Shown: positions 29,263 to 39,516 of the stretch, one piece after another
Numbering within the stretch: position 1 is the stretch's first letter
Layout: each line of letters starts with the position of its first letter
Made by a program: the position numbers and the translations under genes
Origin: a virus
Virus record (IMG/VR): IMGVR_UViG_3300028666_000002
Strand: one strand, 5' to 3'
Length of the DNA: 64,000 bases
Notes under the pieces: generated by a model
Database searches by the model: none
Told to the model about the DNA's origin: nothing
Seen by the model: only the letters and a program-made list of their open reading frames with translations

Positions 29263-29739
29263 CTATGCAGCTTGCTTAACTTTGCCTTGCAAGGGGTTTG
29301 GAATGTTCAACCGCAAAGCTGAACATGCAAGCTTAGTGCCGTATTCCCAGTCTATAGCTTTGCCGTCACTAGACACGGTTATAGCGTCTCCCAGTCTATA
29401 CTTAAGCAAAGCCAAACATGCAACGATAACGGCATCATAGGGTTTGCGTGCGGTTTTGCAGAATGAAGCTTCATTCTCGGCAAAGTGTTCACGCAGGTTG
29501 AATGATTCGTGCGCGTTATCCCCTTTGCCGTTCAATTCAATACCGCCGTATTCACCGGGTTTTGTATGCGCAGTATAACCGGATAACCTAGATTCGTCGT
29601 CTCCCGAATGTTTGCAATATTCATTCCAGAATAATGCAATTATAGCACATTCCTTAATTGCAGACCGATAACGTCGCTCTATATCCTTTGCCTTAACTCC
29701 CTTTGGCTTTGAGAATGCGAAATAGTGAGTATATCCCAT
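29263..29739 (-). CDS. Conserved phage early protein ('MGYTHY...FCKTARKPYD...VSSDG' family)
   Basis: Family motifs present; GAGG RBS; paralog at 19169..19657. Confidence 0.75.
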   Translation of the reverse strand: MGYTHYFAFSKPKGVKAKDIERRYRSAIKECAIIALFWNEYCKHSGDDESRLSGYTAHTKPGEYGGIELNGKGDNAHESFNLREHFAENEASFCKTARKPYDAVIVACLALLKYRLGDAITVSSDGKAIDWEYGTKLACSALRLNIPNPLQGKVKQAA

Positions 29740-29766
29740 AACATAACCTCTATAACAAAGGGTTAA

Positions 29767-29793
29767 CCGGGGATAACACTATGTTATCCCCGG
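29767..29793 (-). terminator. Perfect 12-bp hairpin after DUF932 (terminator or processing site)
   Basis: CCGGGGATAACA-cta-TGTTATCCCCGG; only a weak U-tail on the minus strand. Confidence 0.5.
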
Positions 29794-29803
29794 CATATTC
29801 CTG

Positions 29804-30619
29804 TTAAGCCTTAAGCAACGTCTCGACTGCAATCTGCCAAAGCTTTGTATTGACGTTCACTTTGTCTCTAATTGCAGTTAATTCACGGGCTTTGCGTCCT
29901 GGAATGTTTTGACCCTTGACGATGCCTTGACGTGGCATATCATATTGTGCCTGTTCAACCGTCCGATAACCGCCACGGATAACAGATTCTTGAACACGGT
30001 TGAACACATTCCACGCGTTATTCTCGGTCTGTTCTCTATGCTGAACGCGTTGCAGGTCTATAACGGCAAACGGTCTAGCGTCTCTTAATTCAACCGCTTG
30101 CTTAAGGAATTCCGCACCTGATTCAGGGGATACGTCGCGTTGCTTCATCTGTTCAACCGTTTGCAGGGTTGAATCAAATTGAGACCGCACTAGGGTTAAC
30201 GCGTCCTGAACTTTGTCTAGTGCATAGCCACGGTGAATAACCTTTGCATTCTCTTTACTTTGCCACGCAACGAGACCGTTTGAACAGACCTGCACTAATA
30301 TCTGAATATAGAGACGGAACGCGCTAGTGCCGTTATGGGAGTTTGTCGCTAGAAACCTCATTTCGAGACCGTCAATCTTTGGCATATCAGCGTGGCTGAA
30401 TGTCATAGAATGCATTCCGAGACCGCGCCTAGGCGCGCTAGTGCGGTCTAGTGTATAACCGAAGCTTTGAACGTCCTGAATGAATTGCGCAGTCGAAATG
30501 AACGCATATCGTTCAGTAACATGTTCAAGGCTAGGCATAGTAGTAGTGAACGGGTTATTCTGATTCGCCTTAACCGTTTGCGGGTTAATAGTATTGATAA
30601 CCTTAATAAGCGTATTCAT
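29804..30619 (-). CDS. DUF932 (DUF945)-family protein
   Basis: 'ERY.FIST', 'NSHNGTSAF.L......VCSNGLV', 'V.HRG', 'W.VFNRVQE..IRGG', 'N.KLW'. Confidence 0.85.
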   Translation of the reverse strand: MNTLIKVINTINPQTVKANQNNPFTTTMPSLEHVTERYAFISTAQFIQDVQSFGYTLDRTSAPRRGLGMHSMTFSHADMPKIDGLEMRFLATNSHNGTSAFRLYIQILVQVCSNGLVAWQSKENAKVIHRGYALDKVQDALTLVRSQFDSTLQTVEQMKQRDVSPESGAEFLKQAVELRDARPFAVIDLQRVQHREQTENNAWNVFNRVQESVIRGGYRTVEQAQYDMPRQGIVKGQNIPGRKARELTAIRDKVNVNTKLWQIAVETLLKA

Positions 30620-30662
30620 TTGTATTCTCCCTTTGGGTTATTTGTTTGTTACTAGACTATAT

Positions 30663-30678
30663 TGCAAGCGGTATGCCA
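30663..30678 (-). promoter_or_regulatory. sigma54 promoter upstream of DUF932
   Basis: TGGCA-TACCGC-TTGCA followed by ATATAGT. Confidence 0.75.
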
Positions 30679-30679
30679 C

Positions 30680-31330
30680 GTTATCTAGGCGTGTCTGCAT
30701 TCTCCCTGCGTTAACATGTTTGTATAGGTTATAGGCGTTATATTCCTTTGGCTTTGTATTCAGGCACGCACTAGGCACTATGTTAAGGTTATAGACGCTT
30801 TGCAAAGGTTATACGGTTAAGCCTAGCAGGTTGAACGCTATGCAATCTTAATACCGTATAGTGCGGTCTCTATAGACTGCGTTAACCGTTGCGTGCCTAG
30901 AATGCGACGTAACATAGCGTGAATAGGTTAAGTAGCTGAATTCATTAGCTTTGTTTCAAAGTTTGGCTTAAGCCTGCTAGGTCTCTTAAGCCTTGAACAC
31001 GGGTTATCCCGCGTCACTCAAACGACGCTATGTGTTTTGCAACCGTTGCATAGCCGCAACGGTATTCGTGCGTCTAACTCCTTGATATGATTCAATATTC
31101 GGTTTTGAGACGTTGCTATACTAGACCGCGCCTAGCGTCTCTATAGAGCGTTGCGACGTTGCCGGTTGACGTTGCAGGGAGACCGCCACTATGTAGAGCG
31201 CCTGTTAAGCGGTCTGCGTTGCGTCTATAGAGCGTTGCGACGTTGCAGGGAGACCTAGCAGGTTAACGACGCGGTTAATACGCAATGCGTTGCTAGCGCG
31301 TCAATCTAGCTTGCAACGTCTCCCCTCATT
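30680..31330. repeat. Non-coding low-vocabulary repeat block
   Basis: Direct repeat CTATAGAGCGTTGCGACGTTGC (about 31141 and 31225); shares CTAGACCGCGCCTAGCG and inverted GGGAGACCTAGCAGG with the left block. Confidence 0.75.
31075..31087 (-). promoter_or_regulatory. IHF consensus site
   Basis: TATCAAGGAGTTA matches WATCAANNNNTTR; near-matches at about 31401 and 31497. Confidence 0.55.
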
Positions 31331-32089
31331 ATATAGCCGCGCCTTGACCCCATGCATACAAACCGCGCACGCGTATAGGCACGCGTTTTGCCAATCGACC
31401 TAACTACGTGATATAGCTACGTCTTTCGGCCTGAACTGTATAGGTGTCAATCCAATGACAGGCAGGTGTATAGGCATCAATCTTGCAGTACATACGTAAC
31501 TAGTTGAATTCGTTCTATAATTCCGGGGTATCGGGGTCTATTGGGGTATGGTCAGGTAAACCCTGGGAACTAGGAGGTGCAAATATTTCCAAAATTTTTT
31601 CCTAAAATTAGTAGGCCAACCTATCGAAAATTTTTTCCATAATAATTTCATATACTTAAGTCTTATTACAGGGGTTCCGGCTTTTTTTCGGAACCTACCT
31701 TAATGTTTATAAACATCGGTATCTACGGTGCTACCAATATGCTCTTATTAGCCCCATATACCCCTCTAATTGCCCTATCACTAGCCGCTTGCCCCATACA
31801 CCTATTGAGTAGCCCCAGATAACCACAGTGAGTACCGTATAGTCATTAGGAGATAATTAGGAGATATACCCGATAGAGTATAAAACTGATCTATACGCTC
31901 CAAAGTATACCTGGACGGGTATAATACCTTGCTACGGTGAACAGTTCGTGGTATTCTCAAAAAGTCAGTAGCGGCGTGGAAGGACACGCGGTCTAGCCCT
32001 GGTGCTAGGTCCAATCAGCAATGGTTGGTATGCGAATAGAAAACCAGGAGTCGGAATCAAGCCCCGACCCATTGATATTAAAGGATTTT

Positions 32090-35000
32090 ATGAGTAAATT
32101 CGAAGAAAAATACGGTAAGCTGTCCGAGAAAGAACGCGCCCTTCTTCCAAAAGATGAGTACGATCTTTATTGGAAGCTTTATAGGGAAGAAGAAGAGGAA
32201 GAGTTACACAACGTAGACCTAACTGAATATATGTCATTGTCTGCTGAAGAGGTACATGAAATATTGTGTGATTTATTTGATTCTGCCGAATGGGCTACAC
32301 TTCCCAATGGTATGGTTTGGACAAAATGTCGATAAGGAAAATAAAATGAGCCGAAGCAATAAAGGTAAGAAAGGCCCCGGTTACGAATATTGGTCTAGGC
32401 GTCCTGGTAATAAGACGGGTGGAATTCCTGGCAAGGAAACTAAGAAGAAGACCCATAGGCTAGAGCGCCTCGAATCTAAGAAGATTATCAGGAAGGAGTC
32501 AGAAGAATGACCACACAAGAGATAGTAAAACTGCTAAAAGAATCCAATCATCACATTTTGAGTAAGAATTATCATGACGGCTGCGGGAGACAATATTGGC
32601 TCCGAGATGAGGATCAAAAAGATGTCGCAACCCTAGATAAGAAAAAATTCGAAAAAGTTGCTAAAGCTATATCTCTTAGAACTATTCCGGTCATTTCTTC
32701 TGATGAAGCATACCTATACGAGGCAGAATAATGAATTTTTTCGATAATAGTATCCTAAGCCTTTTCCCTAAGTTTAAGGCTACCCATCTTCCAAAACTTG
32801 CCTATTCAACCAAATGTTTAATCAGAGGTGGTAGGGCTAGTCTTTATAGTTGTACCGTCACTTTAGTGCCTGATGCTAAATATTGGCTCAGAGTTCCTGG
32901 CAGACCAACTTGTGGTTGTGGACACTCTGATGAATGGCACTCCTATCTATTGGATGAAAATGGTAGTATAATTACAGAAGTCCCAGAAGGGATGAAACCT
33001 GAAGTTATCGCAGTTGTTAGGCTGGAGGAAGAATGAAAACAGTAATGATGTTTGTCGTAGTAATGATGATTTACAATAATAGCCCTGAAAAGCTATACAT
33101 AGCGGAAACTGTTGGTAAATGCAGAAAAATAGACGCTATACATGCCATAGATTGGTTTAGTATTCATTTTAATAGAAATGGACTTCAATTTATAGATGGG
33201 TATGTTAGAGAGGAAAGAGTGTCGGTAAAAAAATATAATGAGCATTGCTGTATCGATAGCTTTTCTGGAGCCATAATCTACGAAGACCAGATGTTGATTT
33301 TGCCTAATTTACATCAATTGAACTCTTGTACTTTTGGAGGCAAAGATGAGTAAATTTGAATTTAAACCTGAAGATTTTCACGGTTGCGGATTAGAAGTGT
33401 GGAATGAGCCAGCGGAACGGTATGAGAACGCAGCGGCCAGAGCCAATGCCCGCCTACAAGAAATGTTAGCAGAATGTCCTATGGTCTCCTACGATGAAGA
33501 ATGCCAGAGTTGGGGCGAGGGAATGGTTTGCGAATATCGAGGTCGGAATGGTCGAATAGTAGTTCTCAATGAGGGATGGGACAAGAAATGAAAAAATTCA
33601 TGCCCGTAGACTTCTGTGAAAAGCCAAGCGATAAAGATTGTCCCCACGGAGTTGGGGCAGATTGGTGCTGCGGAGATTTCTGGGCAAAGAAGGCTAACGA
33701 ACGTCTTGCCGAAATGTTAGCTGAAGCACCCTATGACTATTGTGAGCCGGGAAGTTTACTACATCAACCAGAATATAACGCTGAATATGATAATTACTAT
33801 TGCAAGCTATGTCGTAAAGGAATGGGCAATGATTACTATAAATTAGCGAGAGAACATGCTGCTCTGAAAGAGAAGCTTAGCACTACAGAAGTCTATTTGC
33901 AAGCAAATAAAGACAAGGTAGACGCTCGCGATATTGAGATCCGGGAATTACAAGACGAAGTGGAGAGTCTTCAATTTAATCTGGAACAGAAAGCTGGAGA
34001 GATCGGTTGCGCAGAACATCGTGGAAATACTGTAAATTATATTTACGATAAATGCGAGTTGTACGGGAAACAATTAATCGAACAACATAACAAGATTACC
34101 TATCTCCAGGAAGAAAATCAAGAAAACGCTTTGTTACTCTTGAAACGAGAACGACTTCATTTTGATGAATTAGCAAGGTTTAGGTCGGCTCTTATGCAAA
34201 TTGCATCCGAAAAACACTATGTAGAAAGCCAATCAACCGGTATGAAGCAATGGTTTCCCATACAGGGAGCCAAAATTGCTAGCGAAGCATTGGTCCGTTG
34301 CAATTCCAGTACCGGCCATTGGGGCGAACCCACTTGTGACTGCGGCGCTATAAGTATTGCCAAAGATGGTGTTGTAACGTTGAATGGAAGAAAGAAATGA
34401 GTGGCCATATATCTGCAGAAGAAGCGGCAGAATTATTTTGGAACCAAGGAGAACTAATGACTGTACAGATGCTTATAGATCAATTAATTCAGTTAGATCC
34501 CGCTAAATCAATTATCACCCAGGTTGTAGCGGCAGACAATACTGCTTGGAATTGTTGGTGCGAAGTAAATGATATTCCTAATACCGACTTAGTTCAATTG
34601 AGAATTTCACACCCAGATCTTAAAACATTACCGAAGGAATAGATGAGAACATTTTTACGCATACTGATAGTATTGGGATATATAACCTTAATAGTAATTG
34701 TTGGAACCATAGCCGCAAACATACCATGTCCAAGTTACTGCTACAACAATCCCATTATGGCCCGTGGGCCTTCGTGTTCAATTTGTAAACATCAAAAACA
34801 ACCTTGAATAGGAGAAAGAAATGAACTTCGGAGATGAGCCAGAAAGTTACTATAATAACCGTATCGAATGGTTAGAGGATGAAATCGTAAAAAAGGACGA
34901 TAAAATACAGAAGCTTACAGAAGCTTTTGAGCGCTACATCGTTCTTATGGAAGCCTCAGATCCTAGACCAGCACTTTCTCCAGTTAACATAGTTGGTGCA

Positions 35001-35454
35001 TTTGATTTTGTTGCTAAACAAACAAAAATATTCAAAGCCAAGCTTGACAAGTTAAATAAATGAAAATAATCAAATTGATAAATAATAAAGAGGACCATCC
35101 TTGCGATAAATAGTCCTATGATATAGTTACCTAAAGAGGGTAATTATGTGTTGCGCATGTGCGGGAGTCTGTAGTCATATTGGACCGTGTTCTTTCTGTT
35201 TTCTTCATGGCGGTGGAGGCTACACTCCCTATCCTCCCCATCAACCATTGCCTTACATTCCATACGTACCCTATACGCCACCGCAACCCCAGCCCCCTAC
35301 GATTACTACCGATTCTAGCGTAATCCTACTTACTACAGAAGCGTTCCTATTACAGCAAATTCTTGAAGAGTTTCGTAAACTTAGGGACGATATGAAGAGA
35401 ATCGATAGGCATGTAGATGAAATTGCTTCAAAATTGAGAATGTCCAAACTGTAA
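32090..35454 (+). CDS. Run of small rightward hypothetical genes (32090-32335, 32346-32510 basic 'KGPGYEYWSRRP', 32507-32731, 32731-33036, 33033-33353, 33346-33591, 33588-34400, 34397-34642, 34821-35063, 35146-35454)
   Basis: Overlapping ATGA/TAATG junctions and RBSs. Confidence 0.6.
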
Positions 35455-35468
35455 GCAATCTTATAGGT

Positions 35469-35855
35469 ATGACTCCACCTAATGCCGCTACGGCCCTTGC
35501 TAACTCTCAGTCAGCCCTGAATACTATTCAGACGGCTGCTGATACTAATTTTATCTCTGATGCTGCTATAGCTATAGCTCAGGCGACCGCTCAGGGTAAG
35601 TATTTCGTGGTTCTGACCACTAATCTAGGTTGTAACATAGTGAATCTTCAGACTTATTTTGAAGGACTGAACTATTCTGTCTTTTTCTTGGACTTACCTA
35701 ACCCTAACGTATCGCCCATGAGCCCAGCGAGTCTATTTGGAGAATTTTGGTTCCAATGGTGGGCTACAGGGGGCCTTCCTGTTCGTGTTCACAACCCCTG
35801 GCGTCTAAGAATCAGCTGGAATCCACCTTCAACAGCACCCTACCCATATCCCTAG
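35469..35855 (+). CDS. Probable virion protein outside the structural cluster
   Basis: Charge-poor A/T/N/P composition; CAATCTTA late motif directly upstream. Confidence 0.55.
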   Translation: MTPPNAATALANSQSALNTIQTAADTNFISDAAIAIAQATAQGKYFVVLTTNLGCNIVNLQTYFEGLNYSVFFLDLPNPNVSPMSPASLFGEFWFQWWATGGLPVRVHNPWRLRISWNPPSTAPYPYP

Positions 35856-35894
35856 CAAAGATCTGATATAATTCATCATATATAGCCATATGGG

Positions 35895-36650
35895 GTGAAA
35901 TCTGTGAAAAATTTAACCAAAAAAGGTCAATACGCATGTTGGTCTGAAAAAGATATAGATTTTTTAAAGAAAAATTATAAAAACATGACTGCTGATGAAC
36001 TGTCGGTAAATATTGGTAAAACCAAAAGTGCAGTCATAAATAAACGTCACAGTTTGCGATTAGAAAAATTTACTCCTGTCGAAATTGGCAAAACATACGG
36101 AAGACTTGTTGTTATAGGTAAAAGTTCAAAGCGAACCGACAGAGGTGGCTTTTTTAATTGCAAATGCGAATGTGGTAAAGAAAAGGAAATAAGAGGAGAC
36201 GCTCTACGTATAGGTGCCACCACCTCTTGCGGATGTTATGCTAAAGAGGCTACGGTTAGTGCTAATATAAAACCTCCTGGCGTTGCTACCTGGACAGAGT
36301 TATTTGGAACCAGTAGGCGTGGTGCTAGGCAAAGAAATTTACCATTCAAGATAACAATTGAAGAATATAAAACTATAGCTTCCCAGAATTGTTATTATTG
36401 TGGCATTTCCCCCAAACCATTCAATCATTATCTATCTGGACACAAAAGGGTATATTCTTCAAAATCTATAGAAAGATCCTGGGTATTAGCAAACGGTATC
36501 GACAGAGTAGACAACAGTTTAGGATACACCACATCCAATTGTGTCGCCTGTTGTTGGCCATGCAACCAAGCGAAAATGAACAAAACCGTAGAAGAATTCC
36601 TAGCTCACTCTAGAAGAATCGTAGAATATCAAGATAGCAAAAAATCATAA
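35895..36650 (+). CDS. HNH homing endonuclease
   Basis: 'GKTYGRLVV...CKCECG...L..G.TTSCGC', 'CYYCG', 'NGIDRVDNSLGY...NCVACCWPCNQAK'. Confidence 0.9.
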   Translation: MKSVKNLTKKGQYACWSEKDIDFLKKNYKNMTADELSVNIGKTKSAVINKRHSLRLEKFTPVEIGKTYGRLVVIGKSSKRTDRGGFFNCKCECGKEKEIRGDALRIGATTSCGCYAKEATVSANIKPPGVATWTELFGTSRRGARQRNLPFKITIEEYKTIASQNCYYCGISPKPFNHYLSGHKRVYSSKSIERSWVLANGIDRVDNSLGYTTSNCVACCWPCNQAKMNKTVEEFLAHSRRIVEYQDSKKS

Positions 36651-36668
36651 AATGTGATATATTAGGGT

Positions 36669-37190
36669 ATGTTCAAGCCCTCAAAAAATCCCATAGTTGA
36701 AGAGCTTACCAAAAATCATAAAGAACGCCGTATAAATCTATCCCATTTAAGGGCAGTTAGGGTAGAATTGCCAGACCAACGCTCGGTACGGTTTTGTTCT
36801 TGGTGTACAGAAGTAAGACTAAATCATGGTAATCAAAAGTATTGTTCTGATAACTGTTCGCAATCGGCTATGGCCTGGGCTAATCCACAAAAAGAAGATG
36901 CCTTAAGGTTTCTTTTGGAAAGACAAGAGTGGAAATGTGCTATATGCCTATACGATTACGCTCCGTTTCTTACTTCCCTGGCTAATGGTATCAAATTTGA
37001 ACATCTTCCTTGGTATTACTTTAAAAGACTCAAAGCTAGGGTTCCACTCGATAAAAAACCAGAAGTAGATCATATACTTGCTATAAGACATGGTGGCCAA
37101 TCTCTTGGACTTTCAAATCACCGCGCCATCTGCACCACCTGCCACAAGACAAAAACCAAAACCGATAATTCTGTCCCTAGAAATAAGTAG
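36669..37190 (+). CDS. HNH endonuclease
   Basis: 'CAIC...EVDHILAIRHGG....LSNHRAICTTCHKTKT'. Confidence 0.85.
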   Translation: MFKPSKNPIVEELTKNHKERRINLSHLRAVRVELPDQRSVRFCSWCTEVRLNHGNQKYCSDNCSQSAMAWANPQKEDALRFLLERQEWKCAICLYDYAPFLTSLANGIKFEHLPWYYFKRLKARVPLDKKPEVDHILAIRHGGQSLGLSNHRAICTTCHKTKTKTDNSVPRNK

Positions 37191-37222
37191 ACAATTAATC
37201 ATTTCCATGCCATACTAAGTAT

Positions 37223-37293
37223 GGTTGCCAGTAGCTCAGCTGGTAGAGTGCCACTTAAGTGGCCGGGCATTACCAACCCGATACTGGCAGCCA
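37223..37293 (+). ncRNA. tRNA-like RNA with a collapsed anticodon loop
   Basis: Terminal stem TGCCAGTA/TACTGGCA plus GCCA; canonical D-arm TAGCTCAGCTGGTAGAG; GCCAC-TTAA-GTGGC; CGGG-CATTACCAA-CCCG; own promoter TAGACA-17-CATACT. Confidence 0.65.
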
Positions 37294-37308
37294 TTTTAAG
37301 GGATAGCT

Positions 37309-39516
37309 ATGACTCATAGGGAATTGCTAGACAAACTTTTCAATGATCAAGACATCTATGAAAACATTGATGTTTCTGATGATTACACCCCAAATGATCG
37401 GGGCGATACCACCATCGCCTTTGGTTTCGAAACTCCTGCTGTTAAGAGAAAGAAGTCCGTTAAAGCTATAGTCGTCTTCACGTTCAATAAAAATGGACGC
37501 CTGATTCAAATGGAAGTTGGTACTCATAAAAAAGGGGATAAGAACTGGCAAGTAGCTACGTCCCCAAAGTTTATCAATTTTCTCTTGAAAGGATTTGTGG
37601 AATAATATGTCTAAACGGGGTGTGATAGGAATCGTTCTCCTGATTATGTTTCTTGCCGTTGCGGGTTACAATATTCGTGGCAGTTTTCAATCATGGGAAG
37701 AATGCAAGGAATGTAATGAGAATGCCTTAAGAGCAGAAGGATGTAAGGCCATGGTATCAGCTTTATTTTCTGATAGTAAAATTAGCTATACATACTATAG
37801 CGATGCTAAACAATGGTGTCACGATAGTTACGAAAGGTAAAATGGGTTACGGATTAATACCAACACAGATGGAAGAATTTCGAAGAAAACATCGTACCCG
37901 TTTGTTTGTTGAGGAACGGCTTTTGGAGATTGTATATATCGTAAGATATTTTCATAATGCCATTTATACGTTATACCGCACATTAGCATTGGCCGTAGGG
38001 TTTACTAAGAAATATATTGGAATTTTGTTGTTTGCTACTCTGGTTACTGCTATGATGCTTTGGTAGGAGGATTTTATGACACTTGGAAAAATCACAGGAA
38101 CAAAGACTTTTGATCAGGCGGCTGGCGAAAAAGAGGAATTTACCGGAATGGATATTACGGCAGAATTCCTTAATGAAAAGGGACGAGTTAGTTTGCTTTC
38201 TTTTCATTACGCACATTATACCAATGACCTTCGCGGGCGAGTAGAGAGTGTACTGCAGACTATTCTAAAGAATAAGCCTGCTCCAAAGAATGTTAGCGAT
38301 GTCGTTGTGAGTGGCAAGGCGTGAAGATAGGATTGAAACATTTCAAAGACTACAGGGCTGTTCAACTAAGGCGAGCTATAAAAGAAGGATTGCCCGAATA
38401 TGAGGCCAATAAAAGAATGAGGGGCCGTTCCACTGCTATGGCGCTTAGGGCAATATCAGAAGCCATGTTAAATCCGGGGCGTCCCATAAAAATAGAAGAT
38501 CATCTTAATTTATACGTTGCACAAGAGCTAGTATATGGGGTTGTAAAAGAAGCTCTAGAAAACCTTGGATTAGAATGCTTTGTCATTGATCATGAAAATA
38601 TGACTATAAAATATACACTAGAGTATGTTTATGCTGGGGAGTGCGGGGGAGTATAGTGGCTTACTATCTTAATTGGTTTCACCTATTCGTTATTCACTTT
38701 GGAATGTGGGTCACATTTATGTTTGGGGCCACGATTATGAAGGGTGAGATTCCTGAACCAGATAAGTTGTGGAAATTGTTCAAATCTGTTGTTATCTTGG
38801 CCACTCTATTGAGTGTGTTTTCATCCCATAGTCATGTACATTATTTGAGCAATTTTTTGAAATAGGAGTAATATGAAGTTATTTAAGAGAGATTATTACG
38901 AAAAAATGTTTATTAAGAGGGGCAAAACTGTACAAGACTATCAATTGCAAATCTTACAAGCCCAAGATAAGATTAAGGAATTGCAAGCTCAATGTGGACA
39001 CCAATTTGTGACTCCAATGATGTATATGTGGCGTCCAGGCGCATTTAATCCCACTTTAGTGTGCAATTCTTGTGGGTCTTGCGTGCCTGGCATTTCAGAA
39101 GAAGATAAGAATGCACTCTGGAAACAATGGGAATTAAACTTGCCAAACAATACAAAGTAAGATATGCTTATCTTGATGAACGATGGGTAGATGTAGAAAA
39201 CACTAATCATGTGCGCCTCCTGCGCGATTGGTGCGAAATCAGTTGGTGGTTTCGGCGGGCGGTCCCTTCGGAAAGGATCGCCCGTTTTATTTTAGGATTA
39301 CAAATGGTTACATATGAACTCACAGACGCATACTTTGACATAGAAGGCAGAGGAAGAGTCTATATAGCCAAACTAACTAGTAATACTAATAGAGACGATT
39401 TGAAATTGTTGCTCGGTACAGAACTGAACGGAAAGACAATTGTTGGCGTAGAATCTTTTGCCCTTCATCATTTACGGAAGGGTTTCCACATAGGATTGTT
39501 GGTGGCATATGATTAA
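37309..39516 (+). CDS. Small hypothetical genes (37309-37605, 37607-37840, 37842-38066, 38076-38324, 38321-38656, 38641-38865, 38873-39160, about 39127-39516)
   Basis: Contiguous plus-strand ORFs; several are membrane proteins. Confidence 0.55.

Noticed and set aside
31802-32014. Minus-strand 70-aa ORF in the divergent gap, and similarly 27614..27910
   Set aside because: No RBS, atypical composition, and lying in regulatory or repeat DNA
37223-37293. Functional suppressor or Leu tRNA (TTA/TAA in the loop)
   Set aside because: Loop is 4 nt (6 at most), not 7, and the T-loop lacks TTC, so it cannot decode normally
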